64,000 nucleotides of DNA from the NCBI GenBank assembly GCA_028066595.1, contig JALCBJ010000011.1, positions 34,619-98,618 on the forward strand, written 5' to 3'. The position numbers and the translations under genes were made by a program. Positions 20,243 to 30,376 of this stretch are shown one piece after another. Numbering within the stretch: position 1 is the first letter of the stretch; each line of letters starts with the position of its first letter. The stretch comes from Thermoanaerobaculia bacterium. GTDB lineage: Bacteria; Acidobacteriota; Thermoanaerobaculia; Multivoradales; J023. Under the pieces are notes generated by a model. The model searched no databases. It had not been told where the DNA came from and was given only the letters and a program-made list of their open reading frames with translations.

Positions 20243-21277
20243 ATGACCGATCGTAGCTTCGTCGAGCCCTCGACCGAAGCGGAGAGGCTTACGATCGGCG
20301 GCCGCACTACCGAAAGTCACCGGCTCGACGATCAAAGTCCCGAGACTGCGGAGATACTCCGCGAGGTACTGGATGGTCTCCGTTCAAAACCGAAGTCGAT
20401 CCATCCGAAGTTTCTCTACGACGAACGTGGCTCTCAGCTGTTCGATCGTATTACCAAGACCCCGGAGTATTACCCGACGCGGACCGAGCTGAGGATCCTC
20501 GAGCAACACGGCGACGACATGGGTCGGCTCCTCGGTCCGCGCTGCCTCGTCGTGGAGCCGGGTGCCGGGTCAGTACAGAAGATCCGCAGTTTGCTGGAAC
20601 ACCTCGACGATCCGGTGGCCTACATGCCGGTAGACATCTCGCTAGCACACCTGCGCAAGCATGCAGCGGAACTGGCCGCAGACTTCCCGGAGTTGCAGAT
20701 CCTCACCGTGGCGGCGGACTACACCACCGAGTACGAGTTGCCGCGGCCGGCGACGAATCCGCTCCGTCGCGTGGTGTTCTTTCCCGGCTCCACCATCGGC
20801 AACTTTCCCTATTCGGAAGCGGTGGAATTCTTGGAACACCTGGCACAGGTGGCCGGGCCTGGTGGTGCGCTACTCCTCGGCGCCGATCTGGTGAAAGATC
20901 GAGACGTCCTACTGCGTGCGTACGATGACTCCGAGGGCGTGACCGCGCAGTTCATCCTGAATCTTCTGCACCGGTTCAACCGCGAGTTGGGCGCGGACTT
21001 CGATTCGAGCGGCTTCCAGCATCTGGCGATCTGGAACGCTGCCAGTGAACGAATCGAAATCTATCTCCGCGTGCTCCGTGATCAGATCGTTCGTCTGGGC
21101 GGTGAGGAGATTCGATTCGAGGCGGGTGAAAAGGTTCTGGCAGAGTACTCGCAGAAATACACGCGAACGTCCTTCGCCGACATGGCGGCTGATGCCGGCC
21201 TCAGGGTCGAACGTGTGTGGGCCGACGAGCGAGATTGGTTCAGTGTGCAGTACTTGACTCGTCTGGCAGATAGCTGA
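20243..21277 (+). CDS. egtD: L-histidine N-alpha-methyltransferase (hercynine synthesis)
   Basis: PKFLYDERGSQLFDRIT.TPEYYPTRTE, EPGAGS, YMPVDIS, FPGSTIGN, AYDDSEGVTAQF, EYSQKY. Confidence 0.92.
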   Translation: MTDRSFVEPSTEAERLTIGGRTTESHRLDDQSPETAEILREVLDGLRSKPKSIHPKFLYDERGSQLFDRITKTPEYYPTRTELRILEQHGDDMGRLLGPRCLVVEPGAGSVQKIRSLLEHLDDPVAYMPVDISLAHLRKHAAELAADFPELQILTVAADYTTEYELPRPATNPLRRVVFFPGSTIGNFPYSEAVEFLEHLAQVAGPGGALLLGADLVKDRDVLLRAYDDSEGVTAQFILNLLHRFNRELGADFDSSGFQHLAIWNAASERIEIYLRVLRDQIVRLGGEEIRFEAGEKVLAEYSQKYTRTSFADMAADAGLRVERVWADERDWFSVQYLTRLADS

Positions 21278-21438
21278 CGACCTGGATGCGGCCGTCCGCC
21301 GTCGTTCGATGACGAACACGGGCGAGATGCGAGGCAACTCCCGCCACTCGGAGAAGTGCGGCCGGAGTGCTACGATCCTGGTTTCGGCTCCTCTGTGTCC
21401 GATTTTGTTTCTCCTTTGGACGTTCACTTCCTGCCCGC

Positions 21439-22083
21439 ATGACGACGATCTCCACCCGGGACCTCTCAGCGCTTCCGGATCTCGAAGGGACTCGCAACGT
21501 CATGCGCGCACTCGCCATGCTCGACGCGGTGTTGTGTCCGGAATGGGAGTTCCGTTACTTCTCGTTCAACGACGACTGGGAGCCCGGAGAGAAGCTGGGG
21601 CTGATGCGCAACGGCGAAGGCGACGATTGGTTGCTCTTCTTCAATCCCCAGGGTGCCATCCTCAAAGGTTTTCAGCACGATGCCTCAATGGCCCGGAAGA
21701 TGCCGTGGCCCGGACTCTTCGATGGTGTCCCCGGGGCATTCGAGAAGTTCCTCTCCGAGCCGGCCTTCACCCGGGAGCAGACCACTTTCTGTGCTTGGCT
21801 CCTCGACGATGACAGACGGTGGCGACGTAGTGAGACGATCGAGTTCCCGATGGGTGACGATCCGGACGGCTCGGCGAAGTTGATGCAATTCCTGGATGGC
21901 CAGCCCGATACCTACAAGGCATGGGCCGACGAGTACTACGGAGTACCCGTCGATCTTCGGGTGGTCGAACGGGTCTATCGGCAGGAACCTCTCCGTCTGA
22001 GCTTGATCCGTGCACTCAATCCCGATGCTCATCCCGAGATCGTGTACGAAGAAGCACGGGATATCGGCTACCCCTTGCGTTGA
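21439..22083 (+). CDS. Conserved hypothetical protein
   Basis: Protein-like composition with distinctive motifs (MLDAVLCPEWEFRYFSF, MRNGEGD, LKGFQH, DPDGS, WADEYY); fills the gap between egtD and the VWA gene. Confidence 0.75.
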   Translation: MTTISTRDLSALPDLEGTRNVMRALAMLDAVLCPEWEFRYFSFNDDWEPGEKLGLMRNGEGDDWLLFFNPQGAILKGFQHDASMARKMPWPGLFDGVPGAFEKFLSEPAFTREQTTFCAWLLDDDRRWRRSETIEFPMGDDPDGSAKLMQFLDGQPDTYKAWADEYYGVPVDLRVVERVYRQEPLRLSLIRALNPDAHPEIVYEEARDIGYPLR

Positions 22084-22185
22084 TGTCGCTGCAGGCGTAA
22101 GCGTTGCGGTGGAGAAGTGGCAAGGCGTTTGCTTCATGCTGTTTACCATGAGCCATCACCCAGCCGTGCCTTGGAGGGTCCGCCC

Positions 22186-25100
22186 ATGATTCCGTCTCTG
22201 CATTCTGGCGTCGTGTCATCTGTCCCGTCGCGGTGGGCCGATTTGGCACGTTTCCGAACCAGATCCGTACGGATCGCAGCCCTATTGTTCACGTCCTTCC
22301 TGGTGCTTGTTCCGGGTACCGCTACGCCGCAGGAGCCGGTCAGCGACACGAGTCAGGTCACGGTCTGGGCCGAGGTTCTGGACTCTGGAGGCTTCACGCC
22401 CGAGACATTGGCTCCCCAGGATCTGGAGGTCGTGACCACCGGTGGGGTGGTGCGGCGCGTCCGCCTACCGGAGGTCTCCCTGCGCCGTCCTGGCTCCACC
22501 GGCGGCGTCCGTTGGCTGGTCTACGTGGACCAGCCGCTTGCCAGTCCGGGGACGGTTCGACGTGCGATGGATTCTCTCGGTGAGGTGACTTCGGGGCTCA
22601 CCGGTCTGGGAGAGCTAGAGATCGTGTCGGCGGCCTCCGACGCTCCGCCCGATCTGGTCTTGCGTACCGGCGATCCCATGATTTCCGCCGAGCGCTTCAG
22701 TCGTATGGCGTTGACCGAACGGGGCCAGCGCGGTATCCAGGAAATCCGGGAACGGGCTCTCGAAGAATGGGTCGCATCCGGTACCGGGCCCAACCCGCTG
22801 GTCGCCGAAGAACGCGCTGCCATCGTCATCGCAGCCGTCGAAGAGGAGATCGACTTGGTCCGGGAGCGGATTCGACAGATGGTCGGCTACCTCGGTCGTC
22901 TGCCCACCGAACCGGACCGGCCTCGTGTCGTGATTCCGGTACTGGACGGATTCGATCTGGAACCGGTGGACTACTGGGCCACGATTCTGGATGACACCGG
23001 CCTACGGCTGCTGCGCGAAGCGCGAGATCGCCATGAGGATCTCAAGGACGAAGTCACCGAGCTCGCACGGGGTTTGGCGGCCTCGGGGTGGATCGTCATG
23101 CCGTTGGCGCTGGAGCGGCCTCGCGGGCCCAAGGGTGCAGAGTTCAGCGGTGTCGAGTCGATGGATCCCGATCGCCCGGCGATGTTGCCGGGTGTCACGG
23201 TGCGGCCCGGACAGATTCTCGGCCAGGACGACGAAGCTGTAGAAGCCGAACCTACGACTGCAGAGCTGTTGGATCCGCTGGCCCCTCTCGAACAACTCGC
23301 GTCCGCTTCGGGCGGCGAGGTCTTAGTAACCGACGCGGGTCTGCGAGGCGCCGTCGATCGTTTCGCCGACCGCATCGCCGTATCTTGGTCGTCACCCGTG
23401 TCCTTCGAAGAGGACGTTCGGGAGGTCCTACTTCGTTCCACCCGTTCAGGCTGGACTGTGAGGGCCAGGTCGTGGATCGCACGCGGCATACCGGAAGCCA
23501 TCTCCTCCCTGCGACTGGACCATGTGTTGGGTGGTCGGGAGGACGAAGGGGATCTGTCCTTGGCAGCGGTTCTGGAAGTGCGCGACGCGGGCGCTCAGAC
23601 GGCCGATTCCACCGCCGCCGAGGCGATGTCCGCGACGCTGGACGCACGCCTCGACGTGGGTGACATGGAGGGACAGGCCGGGCTGGAGAACGTCGATCTC
23701 CAGGTGTCGGTGAGAGCTGTAGGACAAGACTCGAATGCCCGCGAGCTACTGCTGCGCGAAGTCGTGGAGAGCCAGGACCTCACTCGGGGACGGGAATGGC
23801 GATGGCGACGGGAGGTAGCGCTGCCTCCTGATGTCACCGCCGTTGCGGTGCTGATCGAAGATCTGGCCTCGGGGCGGTGGGGTGGCCGACGCGCCGCCGT
23901 CGTGCGCGCCGATACCTCGCTCGACGGCGGTTTTCTGCCCAGTCCGACGGTCGTGGAGATCCGCCGGCCCGAGGACGCGGTGCTCCGTGGGCGCGTGCGC
24001 TTCGACGTCGACGTCTGGGACTCACGTGTGGAACGGATCAGCTTTCTGCTGGACGATCGCGAGGTGGCGGTGCAGAAGCAACCGCCCTGGTCGGCGCGTC
24101 TGGATTTGGGCCGGACACCCCGTCGGCAAGAGCTGACGGTAGTGGCGTCGGACGTCAACGGCCAGGAGCTAGGTCGCGACTCCGCCGTCCTGAACGGCGG
24201 CGAGGCGGGCTTGGGTGTCGAGATCGTGCGTCCCGAGACTGCCCGCGGCACGGGAACCGTGGAGGTGGAGGCCGAGATCTCGATTCCTGTGGAGCGTTCG
24301 TTGGATCGTGTGCTCTTCTTCTGGAACAACGAGCAGGTGGCCACGCTCTACTCGCCACCCTTCCGCCAGCCCATCTACGTGCCCGAGGAACAGAAGGTGG
24401 GCTACGTGCGGGTCGTGGCTTTGCTCGACGACGGTTCCCTGGCGGAAGACGTGCTTTTCCTCAACGGACCGTCGGCGGGCGAGCGGGTCAACGTCGACCT
24501 GGTCGAGCTCTTCGTGGTGGTGGAAGACAAGGACGGTCGACCCGTCCGGGGTCTTGATGAAGCCGATTTCCGGGTCATCGAAGACGGCCGGGTGCAGGAC
24601 ATCGCGACATTCGACGATGCGGCCGAGCTGCCGCTGACCCTCGGCATGGCGATCGACTCCTCGGCCAGCATGTTCGTCAAACTGCCACAGGTGCAGAGCG
24701 CCGCGTCGAACTTCTTGCGCCGCACGTTTACGGATAGAGACCGCGCCTTCCTCGTCGACTTCGACAGTCAGCCGAGGCTGGCTCGGGGGACCACCAGCGA
24801 TCTGGACCGCCTGGTGGGTGCGATCTGGAGTCTGGAGGCATCCGGACGTACGGCGATGTGGGAGTCGATCGTCTACTCCCTCGTGCAGCTCCAGGGCGTT
24901 CGTGGACGCAAGGCACTGATCGTATTCAGCGACGGTGCCGACGAAGACGAGCAGTTTCCTTTCCGCTCGGCCCTTCGGATCTCTCGCGAGATGGGTGCGC
25001 CGATCTACTTGATTCTCTTGAAGAAGGAGCCCCGAGAGAGCGCGGCACTCGGTCTGCTCCGACGTTCTTTTACCTCGCGCGTCGACCGCCTGGTGGAAGC

Positions 25101-25302
25101 CACGGGTGGGCGGGTCTTCTACAGCAAAGAGTTCGAGAGCCTGGATCAGATCTACGACCAGATCGAGGAAGATCTACGCAGTCAGTACCTTCTGGCTTAC
25201 TATCCGAAGAGCGACGATCAGAATCGGGGCTGGCGCGACGTCGACGTAGAGGTCGATGTCGAAGGCTTGAAACCCCGGACCCTATCCGGATATCACCAAT
25301 AG
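22186..25302 (+). CDS. Large secreted VWFA-related (Acidobacterial-type) protein: degenerate VWA + Ig-like domains + C-terminal VWA
   Basis: Signal peptide; central Ig-like repeats (VERISFLLDDREV, VLFFWNNEQV); VNVDLVELFVVVEDKDGRPVRGL, MIDAS IDSSASM, GRKALIVFSDG, TGGR, LRSQYLLAY. Confidence 0.85.
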   Translation: MIPSLHSGVVSSVPSRWADLARFRTRSVRIAALLFTSFLVLVPGTATPQEPVSDTSQVTVWAEVLDSGGFTPETLAPQDLEVVTTGGVVRRVRLPEVSLRRPGSTGGVRWLVYVDQPLASPGTVRRAMDSLGEVTSGLTGLGELEIVSAASDAPPDLVLRTGDPMISAERFSRMALTERGQRGIQEIRERALEEWVASGTGPNPLVAEERAAIVIAAVEEEIDLVRERIRQMVGYLGRLPTEPDRPRVVIPVLDGFDLEPVDYWATILDDTGLRLLREARDRHEDLKDEVTELARGLAASGWIVMPLALERPRGPKGAEFSGVESMDPDRPAMLPGVTVRPGQILGQDDEAVEAEPTTAELLDPLAPLEQLASASGGEVLVTDAGLRGAVDRFADRIAVSWSSPVSFEEDVREVLLRSTRSGWTVRARSWIARGIPEAISSLRLDHVLGGREDEGDLSLAAVLEVRDAGAQTADSTAAEAMSATLDARLDVGDMEGQAGLENVDLQVSVRAVGQDSNARELLLREVVESQDLTRGREWRWRREVALPPDVTAVAVLIEDLASGRWGGRRAAVVRADTSLDGGFLPSPTVVEIRRPEDAVLRGRVRFDVDVWDSRVERISFLLDDREVAVQKQPPWSARLDLGRTPRRQELTVVASDVNGQELGRDSAVLNGGEAGLGVEIVRPETARGTGTVEVEAEISIPVERSLDRVLFFWNNEQVATLYSPPFRQPIYVPEEQKVGYVRVVALLDDGSLAEDVLFLNGPSAGERVNVDLVELFVVVEDKDGRPVRGLDEADFRVIEDGRVQDIATFDDAAELPLTLGMAIDSSASMFVKLPQVQSAASNFLRRTFTDRDRAFLVDFDSQPRLARGTTSDLDRLVGAIWSLEASGRTAMWESIVYSLVQLQGVRGRKALIVFSDGADEDEQFPFRSALRISREMGAPIYLILLKKEPRESAALGLLRRSFTSRVDRLVEATGGRVFYSKEFESLDQIYDQIEEDLRSQYLLAYYPKSDDQNRGWRDVDVEVDVEGLKPRTLSGYHQ

Positions 25303-25311
25303 GAACTGTCG

Positions 25312-25797
25312 ATGGTCGAGGGTCCTGACTTGGGCGAACAGCTGGCGGAGGCATGGCGGACCAACAACCGCATCAACCTTCTGCTCCTGGAAGAGATCTC
25401 CGACGAAGGCCTCGCCTGCACGTTGTCCAAGCGTGGTGGCCGCGACGTGGCAGGGCAATTCGCTCACGTCCACACCAACCGGGTATGGCAGCTGGAGAAG
25501 CGGGCCCGCGACTTGGCCGCGGGCCTTGCGAAGTTCACCGCCAAAGACAGGCCCAGCCGCGACGAGCTGGTGGCAGCCTTCGCGGCGTCGGGCGAGGCGG
25601 TGGAGTCGTTCTTACGTGCGGTTCTGGCCGGCGAGCCGAAACGTCGCGGGTTCAAGAAAGGCGTCTTCGTCACGCTGTCGTATCTGGTAGCTCACGAAAG
25701 TCACCACCGTGGCAATGTCCTGCTGACGCTCAAGACCTGTGGTCACGCCGTCGACAAGGCAGCGCGCTACCGAGTCTGGGACTGGGATCGGGTCTGA
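25312..25797 (+). CDS. DinB/YfiT family protein
   Basis: QFAHVH … YLVAHESHHRG His triad. Confidence 0.85.
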   Translation: MVEGPDLGEQLAEAWRTNNRINLLLLEEISDEGLACTLSKRGGRDVAGQFAHVHTNRVWQLEKRARDLAAGLAKFTAKDRPSRDELVAAFAASGEAVESFLRAVLAGEPKRRGFKKGVFVTLSYLVAHESHHRGNVLLTLKTCGHAVDKAARYRVWDWDRV

Positions 25798-26189
25798 GAC
25801 GACTCGGTTTCTTGGGCCAAAGTCAACGTACCGGTGCGGATCGGCTCGCCTCGGGTCGTTTCGGCGTGGTTACCTCGGAACTCGCCATTCTGAAAGCTAC
25901 CCTCGAAGGTGAACGTGCGACGCTTGTTCTCGTTCTTCACCGTACCCTCTAGCGTTCCGTCTTCCAGAGAACCGGTGGCCGTGCCGCTGTAGACGTGAGG
26001 CTTGCTGCGGAAATCGAAGTAGAACGAGACCTCCCAGGTATTGTCTCCGGTCGGCTCGAAGACTGCACGGAGATCCCCTGAGGCTCCACCCTGGTCCCAC
26101 TGATACTCACCGACGAGAGTTTCCTCTGCGAAGGCTGCTGGTACGAGAAAAAGGCTGAGCGCGAGGAGGAGGAATAGGCTACGTTGCAT
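25767..26189 (-). CDS. Small secreted hypothetical beta-rich protein
   Basis: Clear signal peptide (…PAAFA-E), GGAG RBS, alternating beta strands. Confidence 0.7.
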   Translation of the reverse strand: MQRSLFLLLALSLFLVPAAFAEETLVGEYQWDQGGASGDLRAVFEPTGDNTWEVSFYFDFRSKPHVYSGTATGSLEDGTLEGTVKNENKRRTFTFEGSFQNGEFRGNHAETTRGEPIRTGTLTLAQETESSQTRSQSQTR

Positions 26190-26297
26190 GAAGGCTCCCG
26201 TTCTGGCCGTTGATTCCGGAATCGATCTCGTTCTGTTCTTCGATACGGCACGCCGTTCGGATGGTTGCGCCGCCGGATCGACACCTCGCCGTATCCG

Positions 26298-28598
26298 CTA
26301 TCGGGAGGTGTGGACCGGATCCAGACAGTCCGACTCGTCGAGCCACTGGAGGCGGCCGAGCTCCACCTCGTAGTCGCTCACGCAACCCGATCCTAGCCAG
26401 GTGACGGTGGCGCGCTCGACCACGACGGCATCGAGCAGTCCGATGTGGGCGAGATAAGGCGCGCTACCGAACCCGGTGCCGTTGTCCATGAGGTGATGGC
26501 GGCGGATCGGCTCTCCGTCGGCATTGCGCGCCTCGATCGAGATCGTAGAGCCCAGGCCCCAGCGATTGCTCTGCCGACCGCGAAGGCGGATTTTGGTCCA
26601 TGCGTTACCCGTGTCACTCTCGTTGACCCAGAGCTGATTGGGCCAAGCATCGCCTTGCCACATGCCGCCGAGGCTGGAGTAGACGTCCTGGTCGCCGTCG
26701 TCGTCGAAGTCGAAGAAGACGATGCCGTGCCCTTTCTGGATCGTGCCCACCCCTTCGAGCATCGAAGCGTGTGCCATTCGCCCCACACAGTTCGTGGCGT
26801 CCCGCTCACCGAGATAGAGGAGATTCGGCAGCAAGTACCACGACTCCGGATTGCCGGTACCGAGGTAGGCGTCGAGGCATCCGTCGTTGTCGAGGTCGCC
26901 GAAGCCCGAGCCCATGGTTCCCGCCGCGATAGGTGGCGAGAAGATGTCCTTCGACACCTCGAACCCGTGCTCGGTGCGAAGGAAGAATCGAGCGGCGTTA
27001 CGGCCGGGATTGCGCCGGAACACGGCCGCCTCAGCGGCGGTGCGGGCTGGTGACTGTCCGCCCTGGAAAATGTCGAGGCGACCATCGTGATCGATGTCGA
27101 AGAACGCCGTGGTGAATCCCGCCTCGGGCAAACCTACGAGGCCCGTGTCGATGAACGAGTGACCCTCGTGGTTGCGAAGCAGACGGCTTCTGCCGCGAGT
27201 GTAGGCCGAGAGCATGAGATCGACCCAACCGTCTCCGTCGAAGTCGCCGAAGGCTGCACCCATCAGCAAACGATCTTCGACGACCTCCTTCAGGCCATAG
27301 GACTCTGTCTGGTCGACGAACGTGCCGCCCTTGTTGAGATAGAGACGGGTGTGGGCATAGGGCCGATCGAAGATCTCGATGTTCTTGGGGAGCTCGACCC
27401 CGGCCTGTGCGACGACCAGGTCGATCCAACCGTCGCGGTTCACGTCCCCCCAAGCCGAAAGGGTGCTGGCCAAGCTGAGGCGGCTGGGTTCGTCCGGGCT
27501 CAGCAAGCCAGACGTGAAGGTGACGTCGTGAAATCTTCCGCTCCCATGGTTGCGAAGCAGCTGGAAGTGGTGATTCGGCCGCGACACGAAGAGGTCCATG
27601 GCACCGTCGGCATCGTAGTCCGCAGCGGTGACGATGAAAGGTTGTAGAACGTCGGAGAGGCCAGATGCCCCGGTGGCATCGACGAAGCCCAACCCACCCT
27701 CCGAATGACGGTTGAGAAAAAGGTGCAGGTGGCCGTAGGTACCACCGGTGACCAGGTCCAAGTCGCCGTCGCCATCGAAGTCCTCCACGGCGACACCTTT
27801 GCCCGCGTCCGGGAGGTCGACCCCGAGCTCGATAGCGCGGTCGTGCAAGCTCAACCAGGGGAACCTCTTCCTCGTCTCCACAGCGGCAGATCCGTAGAAC
27901 ATGTCCGTGAACTCGGTTTCGACAAGGTATCGTGGCGGCACCTCCTCCGGATATCTGCCTTGCGCCATATACGCGAAGTTGAGTAGCCAAAGGTAAAGAG
28001 GGTCAGCCGGAGCGTATCGGTCGAGTAGTGTCTCGAGAACGTGAGTCGCTTCGGCCATGCTGTCCGGCTGATGGTGATGTGCTGGCAGGGGCAGAGAACA
28101 CATTCGCTGCCTCGTGTGCTTGTGGAACGAGCCGAGATGCTCTTCCGCCGCTGACGATGACGCCTCTCCAAGGCAGTTTTCGACCTCGGCTCTCCGCATC
28201 AACGCCTGGCTGAGCCAGAACAAACCTCGTTCGCTCGCTCCCTTCGCCTCGAGATGCTGGCGGAATCGGCTCACGGCCTGTCCGAACTCGCCGCGGTGGA
28301 ACAGGACCATGCCCTGCTCGAAGGGTGTGTCGTCGACGTTCGGAGGAGGGATCTCGGCCAGGTTCTCGACTTTGCCTCGTTCGAAGCGGAGGCGATCGAG
28401 AGTATCTGCGTAGTAGTAGAAGTAGCGGTATCGCTCGATGGCCTCTTGCCATCCGCCATGACGAATGTCCGAGATCAGCATCTCTGTGAAGCCTGGATAG
28501 GCTAGACGGAGCCAGAGCGTCGCCAGCACGAGCGGAGCCGACGTCGCGAGGAAGAGCATGGTGAGCCAACGCGGGGAGCGAAGGCGGATGCGTGGCAT
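26298..28598 (-). CDS. CRTAC1-family protein (FG-GAP/VCBS repeats + ASPIC/UnbV) with N-terminal anchor and TPR
   Basis: Seven DxDxDG-type repeats (DFDGDGDLD, DYDADGAMD, DVNRDGWID, DFDGDGWVD, DIDHDGRLD, DLDNDGCLD, DFDDDGDQD); C-terminal SNRWGLG…GTGFGS…HIGL. Confidence 0.9.
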   Translation of the reverse strand: MPRIRLRSPRWLTMLFLATSAPLVLATLWLRLAYPGFTEMLISDIRHGGWQEAIERYRYFYYYADTLDRLRFERGKVENLAEIPPPNVDDTPFEQGMVLFHRGEFGQAVSRFRQHLEAKGASERGLFWLSQALMRRAEVENCLGEASSSAAEEHLGSFHKHTRQRMCSLPLPAHHHQPDSMAEATHVLETLLDRYAPADPLYLWLLNFAYMAQGRYPEEVPPRYLVETEFTDMFYGSAAVETRKRFPWLSLHDRAIELGVDLPDAGKGVAVEDFDGDGDLDLVTGGTYGHLHLFLNRHSEGGLGFVDATGASGLSDVLQPFIVTAADYDADGAMDLFVSRPNHHFQLLRNHGSGRFHDVTFTSGLLSPDEPSRLSLASTLSAWGDVNRDGWIDLVVAQAGVELPKNIEIFDRPYAHTRLYLNKGGTFVDQTESYGLKEVVEDRLLMGAAFGDFDGDGWVDLMLSAYTRGRSRLLRNHEGHSFIDTGLVGLPEAGFTTAFFDIDHDGRLDIFQGGQSPARTAAEAAVFRRNPGRNAARFFLRTEHGFEVSKDIFSPPIAAGTMGSGFGDLDNDGCLDAYLGTGNPESWYLLPNLLYLGERDATNCVGRMAHASMLEGVGTIQKGHGIVFFDFDDDGDQDVYSSLGGMWQGDAWPNQLWVNESDTGNAWTKIRLRGRQSNRWGLGSTISIEARNADGEPIRRHHLMDNGTGFGSAPYLAHIGLLDAVVVERATVTWLGSGCVSDYEVELGRLQWLDESDCLDPVHTSR

Positions 28599-28755
28599 GA
28601 TCGTGCCACTCTACCTGTGAGCCCAAGGCGTCGGCGGATTCTGTGGTGTTGCTGTTGCTCGTGGCAAGGTCGAGCCTCGCACAGGTTCTGGAAGATCTGG
28701 AGGCGCGGCAGATCGTCCGCATCGTCGAGGGCGAGCCACCGAATACAATTCCCCG

Positions 28756-30300
28756 ATGCCGACTGCCACCGACTCTTCGTCCGCCACGCGAAACCCGGCC
28801 TGTGCTGTTCCCGATCGACTCTTGGAGCTTTGGGGCGAGCTTCGAGATCTGAAGTCACTGGCCGAGTTGTTGGACTGGGATCAGGAGACGATGATGCCGC
28901 GTGGTGGTTCGGAGAACCGCGCGAAGATGGCAGCTTCCCTTGCCGGGGCGATCCATCAGAAGCTCACGTCCGAACGACTGTGGGAGACGATCCTCGCCTG
29001 CGAAGAGGAAGCCCGTTCCGCGGGTGACGAGCTGCTGACGGCTCAGGTGCGAGAGGCCAAGCGAGACGCGTCGAGGGCTCGGCGGATACCCGAATCCCTG
29101 GCCAAAGAACTGGCGGAAGCCTCCAGTCTGGGTACTACGGCCTGGCAGGAGGCACGCAAGGGGTCGGATTTCGGGATGTTCGCGGGGCATCTGCAGCGGT
29201 TGCTGTCACTGGCCAAGCAGAAGGCCGCGGCACTGCATCCCGCAGGCAAGGCCTACGATGCGTTGCTCGACGGTTTCGAACCTGGTGCGACCGAGGAGCA
29301 GCTCGTGCCGCTTTTCGACCATTTGGTGGCGGAACTGTCTCCCTGGGTTCAGCAGGTCGTGGAGTCTGGCCGTCGGGTGGACGAATCTCCGGTCCTCGGG
29401 AAGTTCGCCAAGGCGAAGCAGCGGGAACTCTCGCGCCACGCGATCTCGGCCTTTGGCTTCGACTTCGATCGCGGTCGGCTCGATCTCTCCGTTCATCCGT
29501 TCTGCGTCGGCGTCACCCCGACTGACGTACGTCTCACCTGGCGCTATCTGGAAAACGACCTGCGTTCAGCGCTCTATGGTGCTCTCCACGAGGCGGGTCA
29601 CGGCCTGTACGAGCAAGGAATCCCTGAAGAGCTCTGGCGGACCCCGCTCGGTGACGCTGTGTCGCTGGGTGTACACGAGAGCCAGAGCCGGCTGTGGGAG
29701 AACCAGGTGGGCCGCAGCATCGGCTTCTGGCGCTGGCTGTGGCCCAAGTTCGCCGAGCTCTTTCCCGGCCAGGCGGCGAAGACGAGCCCGGAGTCTGTCT
29801 GGCCGGCGCTCCATACGGTACGGCCGAGCCTGGTCCGCGTCGAGGCCGACGAGGCGACCTACAATCTCCACATCGCTTTGCGTTTTCGGATCGAGCGGGC
29901 ACTGTTTGCGAACGACTTGGCGGTCGCCGATCTGCCTTCAGCCTGGAACGACGCGTGTGAGGAGCTGCTCGGCGTTCGACCGGATCGCGATGCAGACGGT
30001 GTGCTTCAAGATATCCATTGGTCCCAGGCACTGTTCGGCTACTTTCCGACCTACACCTTGGGCACCATGGTTTCGGCCCAGCTGTTCCAGGCCGCCCAAG
30101 AGAGCCTCGGCCCGCAGGACGGGGCCTTCGCGGATGGCGACTTCGCCCCGCTCCTGGCCTGGCTGCGGAAGCATGTGCATCGCCACGGGCGTCGATACGG
30201 AGCTTCGCAGCTGGTGGAACAGGTTACGGGCCGTCCACTGGCAGCCGACGATCTGCTGGAGTACCTGCAGGCTTCGGTAGCTCGAGCGTACGGTCTCTAG
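28756..30300 (+). CDS. Carboxypeptidase, family M32
   Basis: WDQETMMP, HPFC, DVRLT, HEAGH, HESQSR, VRVEADE, GVLQDIHW, GYFPTYTLG. Confidence 0.95.
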   Translation: MPTATDSSSATRNPACAVPDRLLELWGELRDLKSLAELLDWDQETMMPRGGSENRAKMAASLAGAIHQKLTSERLWETILACEEEARSAGDELLTAQVREAKRDASRARRIPESLAKELAEASSLGTTAWQEARKGSDFGMFAGHLQRLLSLAKQKAAALHPAGKAYDALLDGFEPGATEEQLVPLFDHLVAELSPWVQQVVESGRRVDESPVLGKFAKAKQRELSRHAISAFGFDFDRGRLDLSVHPFCVGVTPTDVRLTWRYLENDLRSALYGALHEAGHGLYEQGIPEELWRTPLGDAVSLGVHESQSRLWENQVGRSIGFWRWLWPKFAELFPGQAAKTSPESVWPALHTVRPSLVRVEADEATYNLHIALRFRIERALFANDLAVADLPSAWNDACEELLGVRPDRDADGVLQDIHWSQALFGYFPTYTLGTMVSAQLFQAAQESLGPQDGAFADGDFAPLLAWLRKHVHRHGRRYGASQLVEQVTGRPLAADDLLEYLQASVARAYGL

Positions 30301-30341
30301 CCATGTGTCGCCTGTAGAGGCATGGCTCGGACCGGATGATC

Positions 30342-30370
30342 CTGAAATAGAGCAGCCATTGTGGTATGTT
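30342..30370 (+). promoter_or_regulatory. Candidate sigma70 promoter for an intergenic RNA
   Basis: CTGAAA(30342-47)-N17-TATGTT(30365-70), with extended -10 TGTG-g, in a locally AT-rich stretch. Confidence 0.4.
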
Positions 30371-30376
30371 TGGCGG

